From: an uncultured virus (IMG/VR IMGVR_UViG_3300025305_000013)
Lineage: Duplodnaviria; Heunggongvirae; Uroviricota; Caudoviricetes
Direction: 5' to 3' (one strand)
IMG/VR virus record: IMGVR_UViG_3300025305_000013
Length of the DNA: 64,000 bases
The translations under genes were made by a program, and so were the position numbers. The notes under the pieces were generated by a model. It ran no database searches, was not told the origin of the DNA, and saw nothing but the letters and a program-made list of their open reading frames with translations. Every line of letters starts with the position of its first letter. The first letter of the stretch is position 1. Shown piece by piece: positions 6,484 to 15,782 of this stretch.

Positions 6484-6546
6484 AAAAAAGAGGAGTGCAA
6501 TCATCACTGACCACAGGAGTGCAATCATCACTGACCACACCCCCCA
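6484..6546 (-). terminator. terminator carrying an exact 24-bp tandem duplication
   Basis: AGGAGTGCAATCATCACTGACCAC x2 (6491-6538); G:U-rich stem then T6 after gene 6550. Confidence 0.55.
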
Positions 6547-6549
6547 AAA

Positions 6550-6885
6550 TTATGACGTTAAAGTCATAAAGCCCTTCGCGAGATCGTAGCGAATATCGCG
6601 AGCATCCACCCTACGGGAAGCCAGCGCATCTCTCACGGTTAGCCCATCCATGTCTTCATGCCGCTCTTGGTTATGGGTTGCTCGAGCTATTTTATCTGCA
6701 TTATTCTTTAAAATAGCGTCAAGATCCAAACCCCGAGCACTTACGACTTTCTCGGCTGCTTCTTTAGCAATTTTTGCCAAAGGGCGTTTAGCCGAAGGAG
6801 CCTGTTTTGCGGATTCCTTTTTGCTAACAGTGCTCTTAGCCTTTTTAGAGGAGCCTATACTCCTCACTTTATTTGCTTTTGCCAT
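6550..6885 (-). CDS. DIKYD-family paralog 3 with Lys/Ala-rich N-terminal tail
   Basis: KIARATHNQERH..DGLTVRDALASRRV...DIRYDLAKGFM; AAAGGAGA RBS. Confidence 0.85.
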   Translation of the reverse strand: MAKANKVRSIGSSKKAKSTVSKKESAKQAPSAKRPLAKIAKEAAEKVVSARGLDLDAILKNNADKIARATHNQERHEDMDGLTVRDALASRRVDARDIRYDLAKGFMTLTS

Positions 6886-6989
6886 ACCTTTTCTCCTTTC
6901 TTATCTTCGATAATTACTTAACCGTACCAGTTAATAATAACGTGCGGGTAAAGTAAAGTAAATAATTGATCCAATTATTCTAGGTAATC

Positions 6990-7613
6990 CTAGTGAATTA
7001 TAGGGGGATCCTCGGTCTCCTCATAGTTGTCTAAACTTAGCTCACCACTAAAGTTATCTGCTTCTTCGTGAAAGCGCCACCGCATTTCTAACTCACGATG
7101 AAACCCAGGACCAGATAAATGACCCATCAACGCACGAATGATAGGTCTAGGCTCTGACCAAGCGGTCTTGAGGTTATAGGTAAGTTGCTTACCGTTTTTT
7201 ATAGTAGTGGGGCCGGGGAGAGGTCCAATTTTATACTCTACATCATAAGCATTCCATTTAGTCCCCCAATGAGCACAACACCACTCATACCAGCTGGCCG
7301 TACCGTGTTCTCTTTCTAAACGTAGGATAGTGAAAGAGTCAGTCTTATTCTTCATCAGCCACTCCCGACCAGGGAATGAAAGAATATGGTTCTCGGCTCC
7401 GTTTAATTCTTTACCCCACTTTTCAAGAGAGTAGTAGCAACGCTCTCCTTCTATTTCCACGTACTGTAAATCCTCTAATGGTTGGGGCATGGGTACTAAC
7501 TTATTGAAATCAAACATAGTATTTGTATTTTCGTTACGAAGAAAATCTAGAATATTTTCCACATCGTCTAACGAAGATTCAATAATTATTTGATTAAAAC
7601 AGTGATTTGGCAT
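6990..7613 (-). CDS. DUF1281/YubB ferredoxin-like domain protein
   Basis: MPNHC.N, FDFNKLVPMP, WYEWC..HWGTKWNA, TAWSEP motifs. Confidence 0.8.
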   Translation of the reverse strand: MPNHCFNQIIIESSLDDVENILDFLRNENTNTMFDFNKLVPMPQPLEDLQYVEIEGERCYYSLEKWGKELNGAENHILSFPGREWLMKNKTDSFTILRLEREHGTASWYEWCCAHWGTKWNAYDVEYKIGPLPGPTTIKNGKQLTYNLKTAWSEPRPIIRALMGHLSGPGFHRELEMRWRFHEEADNFSGELSLDNYEETEDPPIIH

Positions 7614-7695
7614 AGTTTTCTCCTAAACCTTATTTACTAGGGGCTTAACTTTACCTTTGATGGTTTTCAATCGCTAGGACTCTTGCGGTTCTTCT

Positions 7696-7917
7696 TTACT
7701 CCTCAATCAAAACATCCTCTAATATTCCTTGTTTATTCAGCCTGATTGTATGAGCCAACTTAGGTTCGTATATATCGTCAAATACTTTTCTGGCTTCTTC
7801 TTTGGAGTAGGGTTCTTCTCCGAATGCTTGTTTTTCTTTGGAATTTAACTCATACCATACAAGAAAATTTATTTTGTAGGTGTGGTTATTATTGTATTTG
7901 AATTCAATGTTCTTCAT
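7696..7917 (-). CDS. hypothetical protein
   Basis: 73 aa, GAGGGAG RBS, overlaps TerS end. Confidence 0.65.
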   Translation of the reverse strand: MKNIEFKYNNNHTYKINFLVWYELNSKEKQAFGEEPYSKEEARKVFDDIYEPKLAHTIRLNKQGILEDVLIEE

Positions 7918-8383
7918 ATTCTCCCTCTATAATTTTTCCTGCAGGTAGGATACCTCCTGTTTCGTAGTAAAGTTCCTTCATCCTTGTGAGAACTTCATCC
8001 TTGGACATAGTGTCAACACGGTTCACGGTCAATTCACTACGATTCACATAGAGTCCTGCAGCTTTTCCACGTGCAACTTCTGCACTTACCGCCGCCGACC
8101 AAGCCCCATTACGCACAGCCCCATCTCGTATGTCTTTTAGGTCTACTAGATGAGTGCCTAGAGTGAGGTTTACTTTATCGGCGGCACGAGTTTGTAATTC
8201 TTGAATACGATTCTGTACGTTTGGGTTAGTTTTGCCAGTGAGAACGGTTCCAGCACGCGCAGCATTTTTCTTACTGTACCCGGCAGCTTTTGCTGCATCT
8301 ACTTTTCTCATACCTTTGGCTACATTCTGAGCAAACTTTTCTTGCTTGGGGGTGAGTTTTTTCTTACTCACGCCTTCCTCCAA
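7904..8383 (-). CDS. terS: terminase small subunit-like HTH protein
   Basis: LTPKQEKFAQ...AAKAAGYSKKNA...NPNVQNRIQEL N-terminal HTH typical of TerS. Confidence 0.75.
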   Translation of the reverse strand: MEEGVSKKKLTPKQEKFAQNVAKGMRKVDAAKAAGYSKKNAARAGTVLTGKTNPNVQNRIQELQTRAADKVNLTLGTHLVDLKDIRDGAVRNGAWSAAVSAEVARGKAAGLYVNRSELTVNRVDTMSKDEVLTRMKELYYETGGILPAGKIIEGEYEEH

Positions 8384-8613
8384 ACTCGAAGTTTCCAGTC
8401 TCCGTTTTCTTCTATTATCTTACGAGTGACAAATTTCTTGTTATTCCTTTTAGCGTAGTTACTAACCGCAACTCTTATACGCTGTATACCTGTAGAGTCC
8501 CATTCTTCTACAGTAAAACACTGACCAACTTCCATTAAATGTAAGTTGTATTTATTATTGCGAGGAACAGAAGGGGGAATAGGATACCCTTCTTCAATTG
8601 AAGATACTTTCAT
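8368..8613 (-). CDS. small phage DNA-binding-like protein, paralog A
   Basis: IEEGYPIP...KY....MEVGQCF...LRVWR. Confidence 0.75.
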   Translation of the reverse strand: MKVSSIEEGYPIPPSVPRNNKYNLHLMEVGQCFTVEEWDSTGIQRIRVAVSNYAKRNNKKFVTRKIIEENGDWKLRVWRKA

Positions 8614-8630
8614 TACTTTAACTCCTGGAT

Positions 8631-8879
8631 TTAAACATTCTCATCAGAAACCCACACTCTAATACCCCCTTCTCCTTGGCGACCTTCTTGTCTTTGAAGG
8701 GACTTTTTCCCGAGGTGACGCGTAATACAATTACGCAAAGCTGCGGCGTCATGTTTATTAGCCGTCAAAACAGAATCCCCCACCTCCATAGAGAGGACCA
8801 CCTCTGCAAACTTTGACCAAAACGCTCTTTTTCCTTTCTTGGGTATGGGGATATGTTTGTCCACTTTTAATTGAGCCAT
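8631..8879 (-). CDS. small phage DNA-binding-like protein, paralog B
   Basis: VDKHIPIP...MEVGDSV...IRVW; same family as 8368. Confidence 0.75.
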   Translation of the reverse strand: MAQLKVDKHIPIPKKGKRAFWSKFAEVVLSMEVGDSVLTANKHDAAALRNCITRHLGKKSLQRQEGRQGEGGIRVWVSDENV

Positions 8880-8915
8880 TTTTTTCTCCAGCTATTACTT
8901 TATTTAGGTATAGCT

Positions 8916-8944
8916 AGGGTATTATACCTTTACCTTAGAGTAAA
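8916..8944 (-). promoter_or_regulatory. possible sigma70-like promoter
   Basis: TTTACT(8944-8939)-N17-TACCCT(8921-8916) in a TG/TC-poor spacer. Confidence 0.45.
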
Positions 8945-8961
8945 GGAAGATGGTTATTTTG

Positions 8962-9675
8962 TTAATTTTCAGCTGATCCTCCATACAACCAAAATACTAA
9001 CAAGTATCGGTCTTTATTTCCCTTCACCGGTAGGCCACGGTGCATGTGCGTAAAGCTCGGGAAAAATAAAGCATGACCATTCGGTAGCGGTTCCACAATC
9101 GTACGACCATGAAACTCAGTTCCTCCACCTTCGTAACTACCTGTATTTAAAGGAACAACCATACTTATATCTGCGGTTTGGTCGTGGTGCCAGGCACCTT
9201 GTTTCTTATCCCTTATGTTATAGTTCGCAATTTGTATAGTGCTAGCAGCATGAGAATATCTTTGCCACACGGACATAAAGATAGGGTTCATGACATTAAG
9301 AACTACCCCAAGCATTGAGTTGAATAGTTCGGGGCATTTTTCGTGCAATATTATTTCAGGTATCTGTCTTAACTGATCTTCGTTTTCGTTGGGATTGAAA
9401 CCAAAGTGAGCCTTCATGTTTTCTATTTCATCTAACATAGTAGTGCAAAACTCATCAGTAAATAAAGGGACAGAATATATATCATGACCGTGGTTAGTGA
9501 CATAGTCCTGAAGGTGATTCTTTATGTCTGCTTGACCCATACTTACCTGAAATTCTTGTAGACTCTCCATAGCATCTTTCGTAAATTCTAGAGTCATTTT
9601 ATTTAGCATCCACTCCGCTTTTATAGTTAATAGAAAGTTTTTAACTAGATAGGGTGGCGTTGGAGGAGTTTCCAT
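8962..9675 (-). CDS. 2OG-Fe(II) oxygenase (lysyl/prolyl hydroxylase-like)
   Basis: HHD..., LN..YEGGGTEF, HMHRGLPV, RYLLV facial triad and Arg. Confidence 0.85.
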   Translation of the reverse strand: METPPTPPYLVKNFLLTIKAEWMLNKMTLEFTKDAMESLQEFQVSMGQADIKNHLQDYVTNHGHDIYSVPLFTDEFCTTMLDEIENMKAHFGFNPNENEDQLRQIPEIILHEKCPELFNSMLGVVLNVMNPIFMSVWQRYSHAASTIQIANYNIRDKKQGAWHHDQTADISMVVPLNTGSYEGGGTEFHGRTIVEPLPNGHALFFPSFTHMHRGLPVKGNKDRYLLVFWLYGGSAEN

Positions 9676-9752
9676 TTAAGGTCCACTAATTTTTCTTAGT
9701 AACTTGATACTAGGCTACCGGGTTATAAGAAGTATGCTAAGAAGGGCTGTAA

Positions 9753-10301
9753 TTAGCCCACAATTTTAGCATACCCTTGACGTATATCGTATTTAATATC
9801 TGCCATTGAAATCTGGGGGTCTTGGCAGATTGTAGAGACTGATAGATTTCCAGTGTAGAATTTTCGCAATCTATTAAGATTCTTTTTCGATCTAGGTTGC
9901 TTTCCTGTGTAGCCTATCTTTTCAGTTCCATTGAGATGCATTTTATTTCGTGGCTTGGATACTTTTTGTGGCTTGGATACTTTTACAGAAGGTTCACCAA
10001 GGCTATATGAAGAATAATCCTTACGAGTAGGTTTTACTGCCTTTTTTCTAAAGTACTCCCAAAAAATCGATCTAGCTTCTTCTTTGGTTTTAAATTCTTT
10101 TGTTTTACCTGTATGTAACTTCCAAATTTCCGTAGCCTTTTTAAGAGAAAGCCAATGAGGACAGGCATACTCTTTTGGATTTCCCATGTGGGCAGACCCG
10201 CCCTTTAGATCCTTAATTTCAAATTCTGAAGTAATTACTATTCTTCTCCAGTCTATGCCGTCAGGAGTATTGTTCACAAAAGTAATAAACTCGTAACTCA
10301 T
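9753..10301 (-). CDS. basic protein with C-terminal DIKYD-like domain (paralog 4)
   Basis: C-terminus ..TGK..R..ADIKYDIRQGYAKI; AAAGGAGA RBS. Confidence 0.7.
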   Translation of the reverse strand: MSYEFITFVNNTPDGIDWRRIVITSEFEIKDLKGGSAHMGNPKEYACPHWLSLKKATEIWKLHTGKTKEFKTKEEARSIFWEYFRKKAVKPTRKDYSSYSLGEPSVKVSKPQKVSKPRNKMHLNGTEKIGYTGKQPRSKKNLNRLRKFYTGNLSVSTICQDPQISMADIKYDIRQGYAKIVG

Positions 10302-10326
10302 TCTTTTTTCTCCTTTATTTAGGTTC

Positions 10327-10363
10327 GGTCAGTTAGAGCGGTGGTTGCGCACTCTAACTGACC
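10327..10363 (-). other. intergenic 12-bp stem-loop without U-tract (processing/stability element)
   Basis: GGTCAGTTAGAG...CTCTAACTGACC. Confidence 0.55.
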
Positions 10364-10378
10364 TACTACTAATCTATT

Positions 10379-11407
10379 TTATGCTGCTTTTGCGTATTCA
10401 ATAGCTTGAGTCATTGCCTTTTTCTTAAGTGAAGCACGACCCCCGAACCACGCATTGTGTAACGATGCGTCCCGGTCATGACCCCACTTATGATCAACCA
10501 CAAAGGTAACAGCATTCATAGCTCCCCACCACGTACCTTTAGACGATTTAAGGTTCGCTCCGGGTTGCTCTTCTACCGCTTGATGGACCATACTAGGTAT
10601 ACGCTTAAACTCATCTACCATTGACTGACGAGTGGCTATCATTCGCGTATCGCTCATCTTTTCTATTTCTTCCTGCGCTACTAATAGTTCAGGTTGAAAT
10701 AGGTCAGCTATATAAGTGACGACAGAAGTTTTGTCAAACTTCTTCGAGCTCAAAAACTCAGCGGCTTCTTTAAACTCGCTCATTCTATCACTAGCCAACC
10801 CGAGAGCTTCTTCAGCAGCCATATATACCTCAGTATCTAGCGCCCGTACATGCGGCATTCTAAATCCACCAGATGACTTATTAGACAGAGCCATAGTCAA
10901 GGTATTGTTACAAACCACACGAATAGGCGTAAACCTAATCTCGTTGGACTTACCCCACATATGCGATATACTCACTAATAAATAACCGAGGACTCGGTCA
11001 TCTCCAGGGAGTGTAAAATCCTCACTGATGTTGGCTAGTCCCCAGACCTGTTCTCCACCTTTTAAGGATCCCGCAGTCTCCATTTTCATGTGTCCTGCTT
11101 CGGTAAACTTCTTAAAGAATCCAAAGGCGTCGGCGTTTTGGCTAGGTATAAACCTTGGGCCACATGGACCAAAGGTTTTGTTATCGCTGTCGCGGACTAA
11201 TACAGAATACCCTTCTACACCTATGAGGTCATCAGAGTCATCTATGTCCGGTTCGGCGTGTGTAAATAAATGCCTTTTACTCACTGTCCAATCAAGTTCA
11301 GCAGCAACCAGCATTTCTTGTGGTGTAAGGTTATCTTTAACCTGTACACCCAACCCATGCCAAGGAACTTCCCCAGCATAAGCCATTGTTTCTACAGCAT
11401 GTGCCAT
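10379..11407 (-). CDS. DUF932 family phage/plasmid protein
   Basis: MAHAVETMAYAGEVPWHGLG, ETAGSLKGG..VW, TPIRVVCNNTL, GTWWGAMNAVT motifs. Confidence 0.9.
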   Translation of the reverse strand: MAHAVETMAYAGEVPWHGLGVQVKDNLTPQEMLVAAELDWTVSKRHLFTHAEPDIDDSDDLIGVEGYSVLVRDSDNKTFGPCGPRFIPSQNADAFGFFKKFTEAGHMKMETAGSLKGGEQVWGLANISEDFTLPGDDRVLGYLLVSISHMWGKSNEIRFTPIRVVCNNTLTMALSNKSSGGFRMPHVRALDTEVYMAAEEALGLASDRMSEFKEAAEFLSSKKFDKTSVVTYIADLFQPELLVAQEEIEKMSDTRMIATRQSMVDEFKRIPSMVHQAVEEQPGANLKSSKGTWWGAMNAVTFVVDHKWGHDRDASLHNAWFGGRASLKKKAMTQAIEYAKAA

Positions 11408-11478
11408 AGTTTTTCTCCTTTCTTTTATAAGTACCTATTTATTATAAGTAACTAACTATAACAACGTATAGGATAATC

Positions 11479-11904
11479 TTAAAGATTATAGGCAAGCACA
11501 TGATGTAACCAATTATCTAGAGTCATAACCATGGTTATAGTGTTATCTCCCTTACAATAACTCAAGTCTGTTCGGGTGTCGTTATAGTCTATAGCCCACA
11601 AAGGCATACAAACCCTGATTGGTTGGCGATTATACTTCCATATTAAGACAGGAATCTTATTTGGGCCAGAAGATTCACACACTTGTTGCCACCAATCTTC
11701 CTTATACCAATTTCCTTTAGCATAGCGTTTACATTCTATGCTGTGATGGGGTATTTCTAAATCACCTAGATCTTTTTCTTGGTATTGCTCTAGGTTTCTT
11801 TTGACCTTGTAGTCAAAGTCAATTTCTTCAAAAAAATCATTGATGTGTTTTGCTACTTCTCTTTCAAACGCAGCCCCTTTACTTCTTGAATTAATTTTTC
11901 CCAT
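11479..11904 (-). CDS. Holliday junction resolvase-like PD-(D/E)xK nuclease
   Basis: NSRSKGAAFEREVA, GDL, IECK, WWQQ, PVLIWK. Confidence 0.8.
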   Translation of the reverse strand: MGKINSRSKGAAFEREVAKHINDFFEEIDFDYKVKRNLEQYQEKDLGDLEIPHHSIECKRYAKGNWYKEDWWQQVCESSGPNKIPVLIWKYNRQPIRVCMPLWAIDYNDTRTDLSYCKGDNTITMVMTLDNWLHHVLAYNL

Positions 11905-12197
11905 TATTTTGTTTTTATCAACCTTATGTTTTTAAGTTTTAGCCAATCCCTCATGAGGGCGTTTATCGTTTTAATGTCAGCCTCCCTATATTCTTTTTCA
12001 TAGCTTTTACGTGTTTCATTGTAGGATTTTAGTCCTTTGTAATAGTCACCGTTTCCTAACTTACTGTATCTCACAATCTGCCAAACCCGCTGCTTAGAGA
12101 TATTGTACTTTCTACCTACTTCTTCAAGTGTGGCATAGCTATTGGTGTATGTCATGTATATTTTAAAGTACACCTTTTTGAGCTCAGTGATTCTCAT
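11904..12197 (-). CDS. sigma70 region-4-like HTH protein
   Basis: TLEEVGRKYNISKQRVWQI resembles sigma4.2 TLEEVG..F.VTRERIRQI. Confidence 0.75.
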   Translation of the reverse strand: MRITELKKVYFKIYMTYTNSYATLEEVGRKYNISKQRVWQIVRYSKLGNGDYYKGLKSYNETRKSYEKEYREADIKTINALMRDWLKLKNIRLIKTK

Positions 12198-14076
12198 TAA
12201 AATACTCCATGTGCGATATAACTTTCCCCCAATTTGGACCTATTTCGGCGTCTACTTTATTGGGAACTTTTAGCTTTACGCAATCTCTCATTATTTCAAT
12301 CACTTTTTCGCATTCTTTCTTGTCTTTAATAGAGATATTCAATTCATCATGAACTTGTGTATGGGCATTCATGCCTTCACTATGTAGTTCTAGCATAGCT
12401 TTCTTAGTCATGTCTGCCGCTGAGCCTTGTATTAATCTATTCATTGCTTTATAGGTATAAGCTCGTTTTAGCCGACCGCCATATTCTTCCATGGCTCTTT
12501 CAAGAGGGTAGGGTATTTCTCTACGGTCGAACGGTTCGTATAAATTAAACCTACACTTACGACCTAAAATTGTTTTAACAAAACCTCTATTAGCCCCCAG
12601 ACGAGAGGCAGAATCTCTTAGACCACGGATAAAGGGAACTCTTTTATGATATTGTTCAAAAAGCAGTTCAGCCTCTTCTGTACTAATCCCTAGCTGCTGG
12701 GTAAGTTTTTCTTTACCCATACCGTAGCTAAGTCCTAGATTAATTGTCTTAGCTTCCTTACGACTGATATTGGCCATATCAGCTACGATTTGGTGGAAAT
12801 CTGCGTCGTCATCTCTATACTCTATCGCGGCTTCTTCTGCGCCTTCTTGTTGTGTGAGTACGGCGTAGTGCACAGTTAGACGAGGCTCTTGCTGGGAATA
12901 ATCAAAACAGCCCCAATGATGACCTTCTTCTGGTATAAAGAGACTTCTAATTAACCCACCAATTACCGGGTCTCGCGCTGGTACTTGTTGTAAGTTTGGG
13001 TTACTGCAACTAAATCTTCCAGTTACTGTGCCTCCGTTATCTGATCTTAAAGGATGCAATTCTCCATGTATTCTGCCGTCTACTAAATGTTCTAGTATCA
13101 TTTTATCGACAAAGGTAGTACGAGCCTTGTTGAATTTTCTGGCTTTTGCTATAGCTAGAGGCAGTTTATGGTCATGGCTTTCTAACCAGTCTGCCACAAA
13201 ACTAGGAGCCTTAGTCTTAGGGGTTCTTGGATAATCTAAACCGGCTCTATCAAAAACTTGTGACAAAGACTGTGCCGCCCAAAGATCTGGCTCAATGCCG
13301 TACCATCTTTTCACTTCTTTTAAGATTTTTCTTTCTTCTGCATGAAGTTTTTTCTTGACTTGTTGCGCCCTGTCCACGTCTATTAAAACTCCCTTGCTCC
13401 GCATTTTTATGAGTACAGGAATAAGAGAATTTTCTAGATTATAAATGTCGGTTATATCTTCTTTTGAAATACCTTCCTTTAGAATTTGCCAAAGTCTATA
13501 AGTCAAATCAGCATCTTGTTCTGCATATGGTCCTACATACTCAGGAGATAATCTCCACATGTCGGCCTTGGGGTCTAGACCGTATAGGGTGGCTACTTCT
13601 TTGAGAAGAGTTTCATCTTTTTCTTCATTTAAATACTGTTTACCTAGACTATTGAGCGAGTAGCTGTATTCATTTTCATTGAGTAGTGGCGCGGCAATCA
13701 TGGTGTCATGTATGTTACCGTTAATTTTACACCCTTCATTTAATAGCCATCCGACATCGTACTGAGCGTTATGGAAAATTTTATCGTTAGGTGCGTCTAA
13801 TTGTTTTTGGAGCCATCTAAAAACTACGCCCTTATCTAAATTAGCGCCATTATGGTGAGCGATAGGGTAATAGCCTTTCCAATCTTCGGTTGCTATAGCG
13901 ACACCTATAATTTCCCCTCTGTCTTTAAATGCCCAGCCTGGACCATGAGTCTTGAGCCAAGGATCCTTAGTCTCAAGGTCGATAGCGATTTCTTTTTGAC
14001 CCGTCAGATCGGGGAAAGTGAAGGGGGCTTCCCAATTTTTTTCGGGGAGCATAAATTCAAAAACATCTTGAGACAT
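12184..14076 (-). CDS. polA: family A DNA polymerase with 3'-5' exonuclease
   Basis: Exo DLET, FHNAQYD, YAEQDA; TGRFSCSNPNLQQ; motif A DYSQQEPR; motif B RKEAKTINLGLSYG; motif C QVHDEL. Confidence 0.95.
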   Translation of the reverse strand: MSQDVFEFMLPEKNWEAPFTFPDLTGQKEIAIDLETKDPWLKTHGPGWAFKDRGEIIGVAIATEDWKGYYPIAHHNGANLDKGVVFRWLQKQLDAPNDKIFHNAQYDVGWLLNEGCKINGNIHDTMIAAPLLNENEYSYSLNSLGKQYLNEEKDETLLKEVATLYGLDPKADMWRLSPEYVGPYAEQDADLTYRLWQILKEGISKEDITDIYNLENSLIPVLIKMRSKGVLIDVDRAQQVKKKLHAEERKILKEVKRWYGIEPDLWAAQSLSQVFDRAGLDYPRTPKTKAPSFVADWLESHDHKLPLAIAKARKFNKARTTFVDKMILEHLVDGRIHGELHPLRSDNGGTVTGRFSCSNPNLQQVPARDPVIGGLIRSLFIPEEGHHWGCFDYSQQEPRLTVHYAVLTQQEGAEEAAIEYRDDDADFHQIVADMANISRKEAKTINLGLSYGMGKEKLTQQLGISTEEAELLFEQYHKRVPFIRGLRDSASRLGANRGFVKTILGRKCRFNLYEPFDRREIPYPLERAMEEYGGRLKRAYTYKAMNRLIQGSAADMTKKAMLELHSEGMNAHTQVHDELNISIKDKKECEKVIEIMRDCVKLKVPNKVDAEIGPNWGKVISHMEYFNENH

Positions 14077-14080
14077 TTCT

Positions 14081-14761
14081 TTAAATTTCTGCTTCTCGGC
14101 ACATATTTTGTTTGCCAAAATAACACCATTTACATTTAAACTTAGACGGGTTAGCCGGAAATTCTTCTGCAGTAGTCATCGCTATTGCTCTAAGATTAAT
14201 TCTTTCTTGTCTAGCTTTAATACTTTCCGGGGTGTAGATATAACGGTCTATCTTACCGTGGTCTAAGTACCACATCTCTGTAGTAATCTGTTCTAATTCT
14301 GGGTAGCGTTTAAGAGCAATAGCTCCATAAAGCTCGCATTGTTCTCTATGTACTTCTTGATTACCGTCGTACCTACCTGTCTTAAAATCTATGACGCGGG
14401 CTTCCTTACTTACGCCTTCTTCATATACAAAGGCATCTACTTTAGCTCTCCCCCATGTATCATCTTCAAACCAACCTGTTTTCTCCCAATCTTTAGTGAT
14501 AGCCCAATCACTTTCGCATATTACATGACCGTGTAGATACATTTCTTTTAATAGGATAAAAGCGTCTTCAAAATCCTGTAATTGTGCAGGGATTTCTTCT
14601 ATTTGACCCCGTATAAATTCTTCGCAAAGTTTGTGGATATTTTTGCCTCTGTCCATTGCTGGGCTAGGAGGCTCTTTTATTTTCTTAATAAATTTAAATT
14701 CAGCCTGTTTAGGACATTTTTCAAAACAACTTAATCTACTGTACGACCATTGTTTAATCAT
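14081..14761 (-). CDS. PD-(D/E)xK exonuclease (RecB/Cas4-like)
   Basis: WSYSRL..FEKCP, G..IH, KVD, IDFKTG, Q..LY, C-terminal CKWC..C. Confidence 0.85.
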   Translation of the reverse strand: MIKQWSYSRLSCFEKCPKQAEFKFIKKIKEPPSPAMDRGKNIHKLCEEFIRGQIEEIPAQLQDFEDAFILLKEMYLHGHVICESDWAITKDWEKTGWFEDDTWGRAKVDAFVYEEGVSKEARVIDFKTGRYDGNQEVHREQCELYGAIALKRYPELEQITTEMWYLDHGKIDRYIYTPESIKARQERINLRAIAMTTAEEFPANPSKFKCKWCYFGKQNMCREAEI

Positions 14762-14771
14762 AAATATTTCC

Positions 14772-15782
14772 TTAGTTAGATTTTCTACCCAACCATTCCC
14801 AACAAGCCTTACGCCAATCATCTGCTTTACATTCTTGTATTTCAATCATTGCTTCTTCAATCTGCCCTGATTTATATAACCACCAAGAATTTTGTATCGG
14901 TGCGGCAACGTGTGTAAAGAAAGGGTCTTCATATATAGTATGGTCAAATGGTTTTCTATCGAAGAATCCCAATAGATCCAAGTCCCATATTTGTATATCT
15001 GTATTGACTATAGGGTACGGTTTTACCATTTCTGCTGTATAGGGGTTTAAAGCAAGAAATCTTTTTTGTGTAAAAAAGTCCATTGCGTCTTGTTCTATAA
15101 ATTTATTAAGCAATGGTTCAAACACCACATTATAAGCATGATAGTTATCGCTGATTTGATAATACTTACCCACAGATACACCAATAGCCGTAGCCATATA
15201 TTCCTGTAGCATAGACATATGCACTACGTTTGCTCCGTAAGCCCCCCAAATTATGTCATTGGATCTATTACAAACAGTCATTTGTAATTTTCCCTCTAGG
15301 TCTATCTTGAAATAGACACAAGTATTACAAGGGACATCAGCACCGTCTCTATCTAAATCTTCAACAGGATCCCACATTTGTAATACAGATCTTCTATCTT
15401 CTGGATTCTCTTTTAGTCTTTTAATTATGATTGGTATTTGATCACGAAAAAACCAAGACCGCCATCTCCAACCATAAGCACCGTGCAAGGTTTGGCCGTC
15501 ATCGCTGAATTCTTTCATTCTTTTGTTATATTGATAAACAAATTCGAGGTCATACCCTCCCTTTATCATCCACAAGGCTTCCATAAAATGAAAGAACGGG
15601 TTTGCGTTACGCTCTTTCCAAAATAAAACCCTCTCTTTCGGCTTACTGTAGACGGTAGTTACCGGCGTAGGAGCCTGAAAAACTACTCCATTTCGGCTCT
15701 CTGCTTTTACTCCATTTGTATATAAAAAATCAAGACCCCGTAAAAGAGCATCATGTGCGTTCCTTACATTAAGAACTTTCAT
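14772..15782 (-). CDS. thymidylate synthase-like protein, probable dUMP hydroxymethylase
   Basis: SRNG, NPFFHFMEALW, GAYG.RWR, DRR, catalytic PC, RSNDIIWGAYGAN (Asn specificity residue indicates dUMP), NYHAY. Confidence 0.85.
   Translation of the reverse strand: MKVLNVRNAHDALLRGLDFLYTNGVKAESRNGVVFQAPTPVTTVYSKPKERVLFWKERNANPFFHFMEALWMIKGGYDLEFVYQYNKRMKEFSDDGQTLHGAYGWRWRSWFFRDQIPIIIKRLKENPEDRRSVLQMWDPVEDLDRDGADVPCNTCVYFKIDLEGKLQMTVCNRSNDIIWGAYGANVVHMSMLQEYMATAIGVSVGKYYQISDNYHAYNVVFEPLLNKFIEQDAMDFFTQKRFLALNPYTAEMVKPYPIVNTDIQIWDLDLLGFFDRKPFDHTIYEDPFFTHVAAPIQNSWWLYKSGQIEEAMIEIQECKADDWRKACWEWLGRKSN

Noticed and set aside
14772..15782. Ordinary thyA or dCMP hydroxymethylase
   Set aside because: Asn rather than Asp at the specificity position argues against dCMP. 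The divergent WGAYGAN motif and neighbouring hmdU kinase-like gene argue against plain ThyA, though that is not formally excluded.
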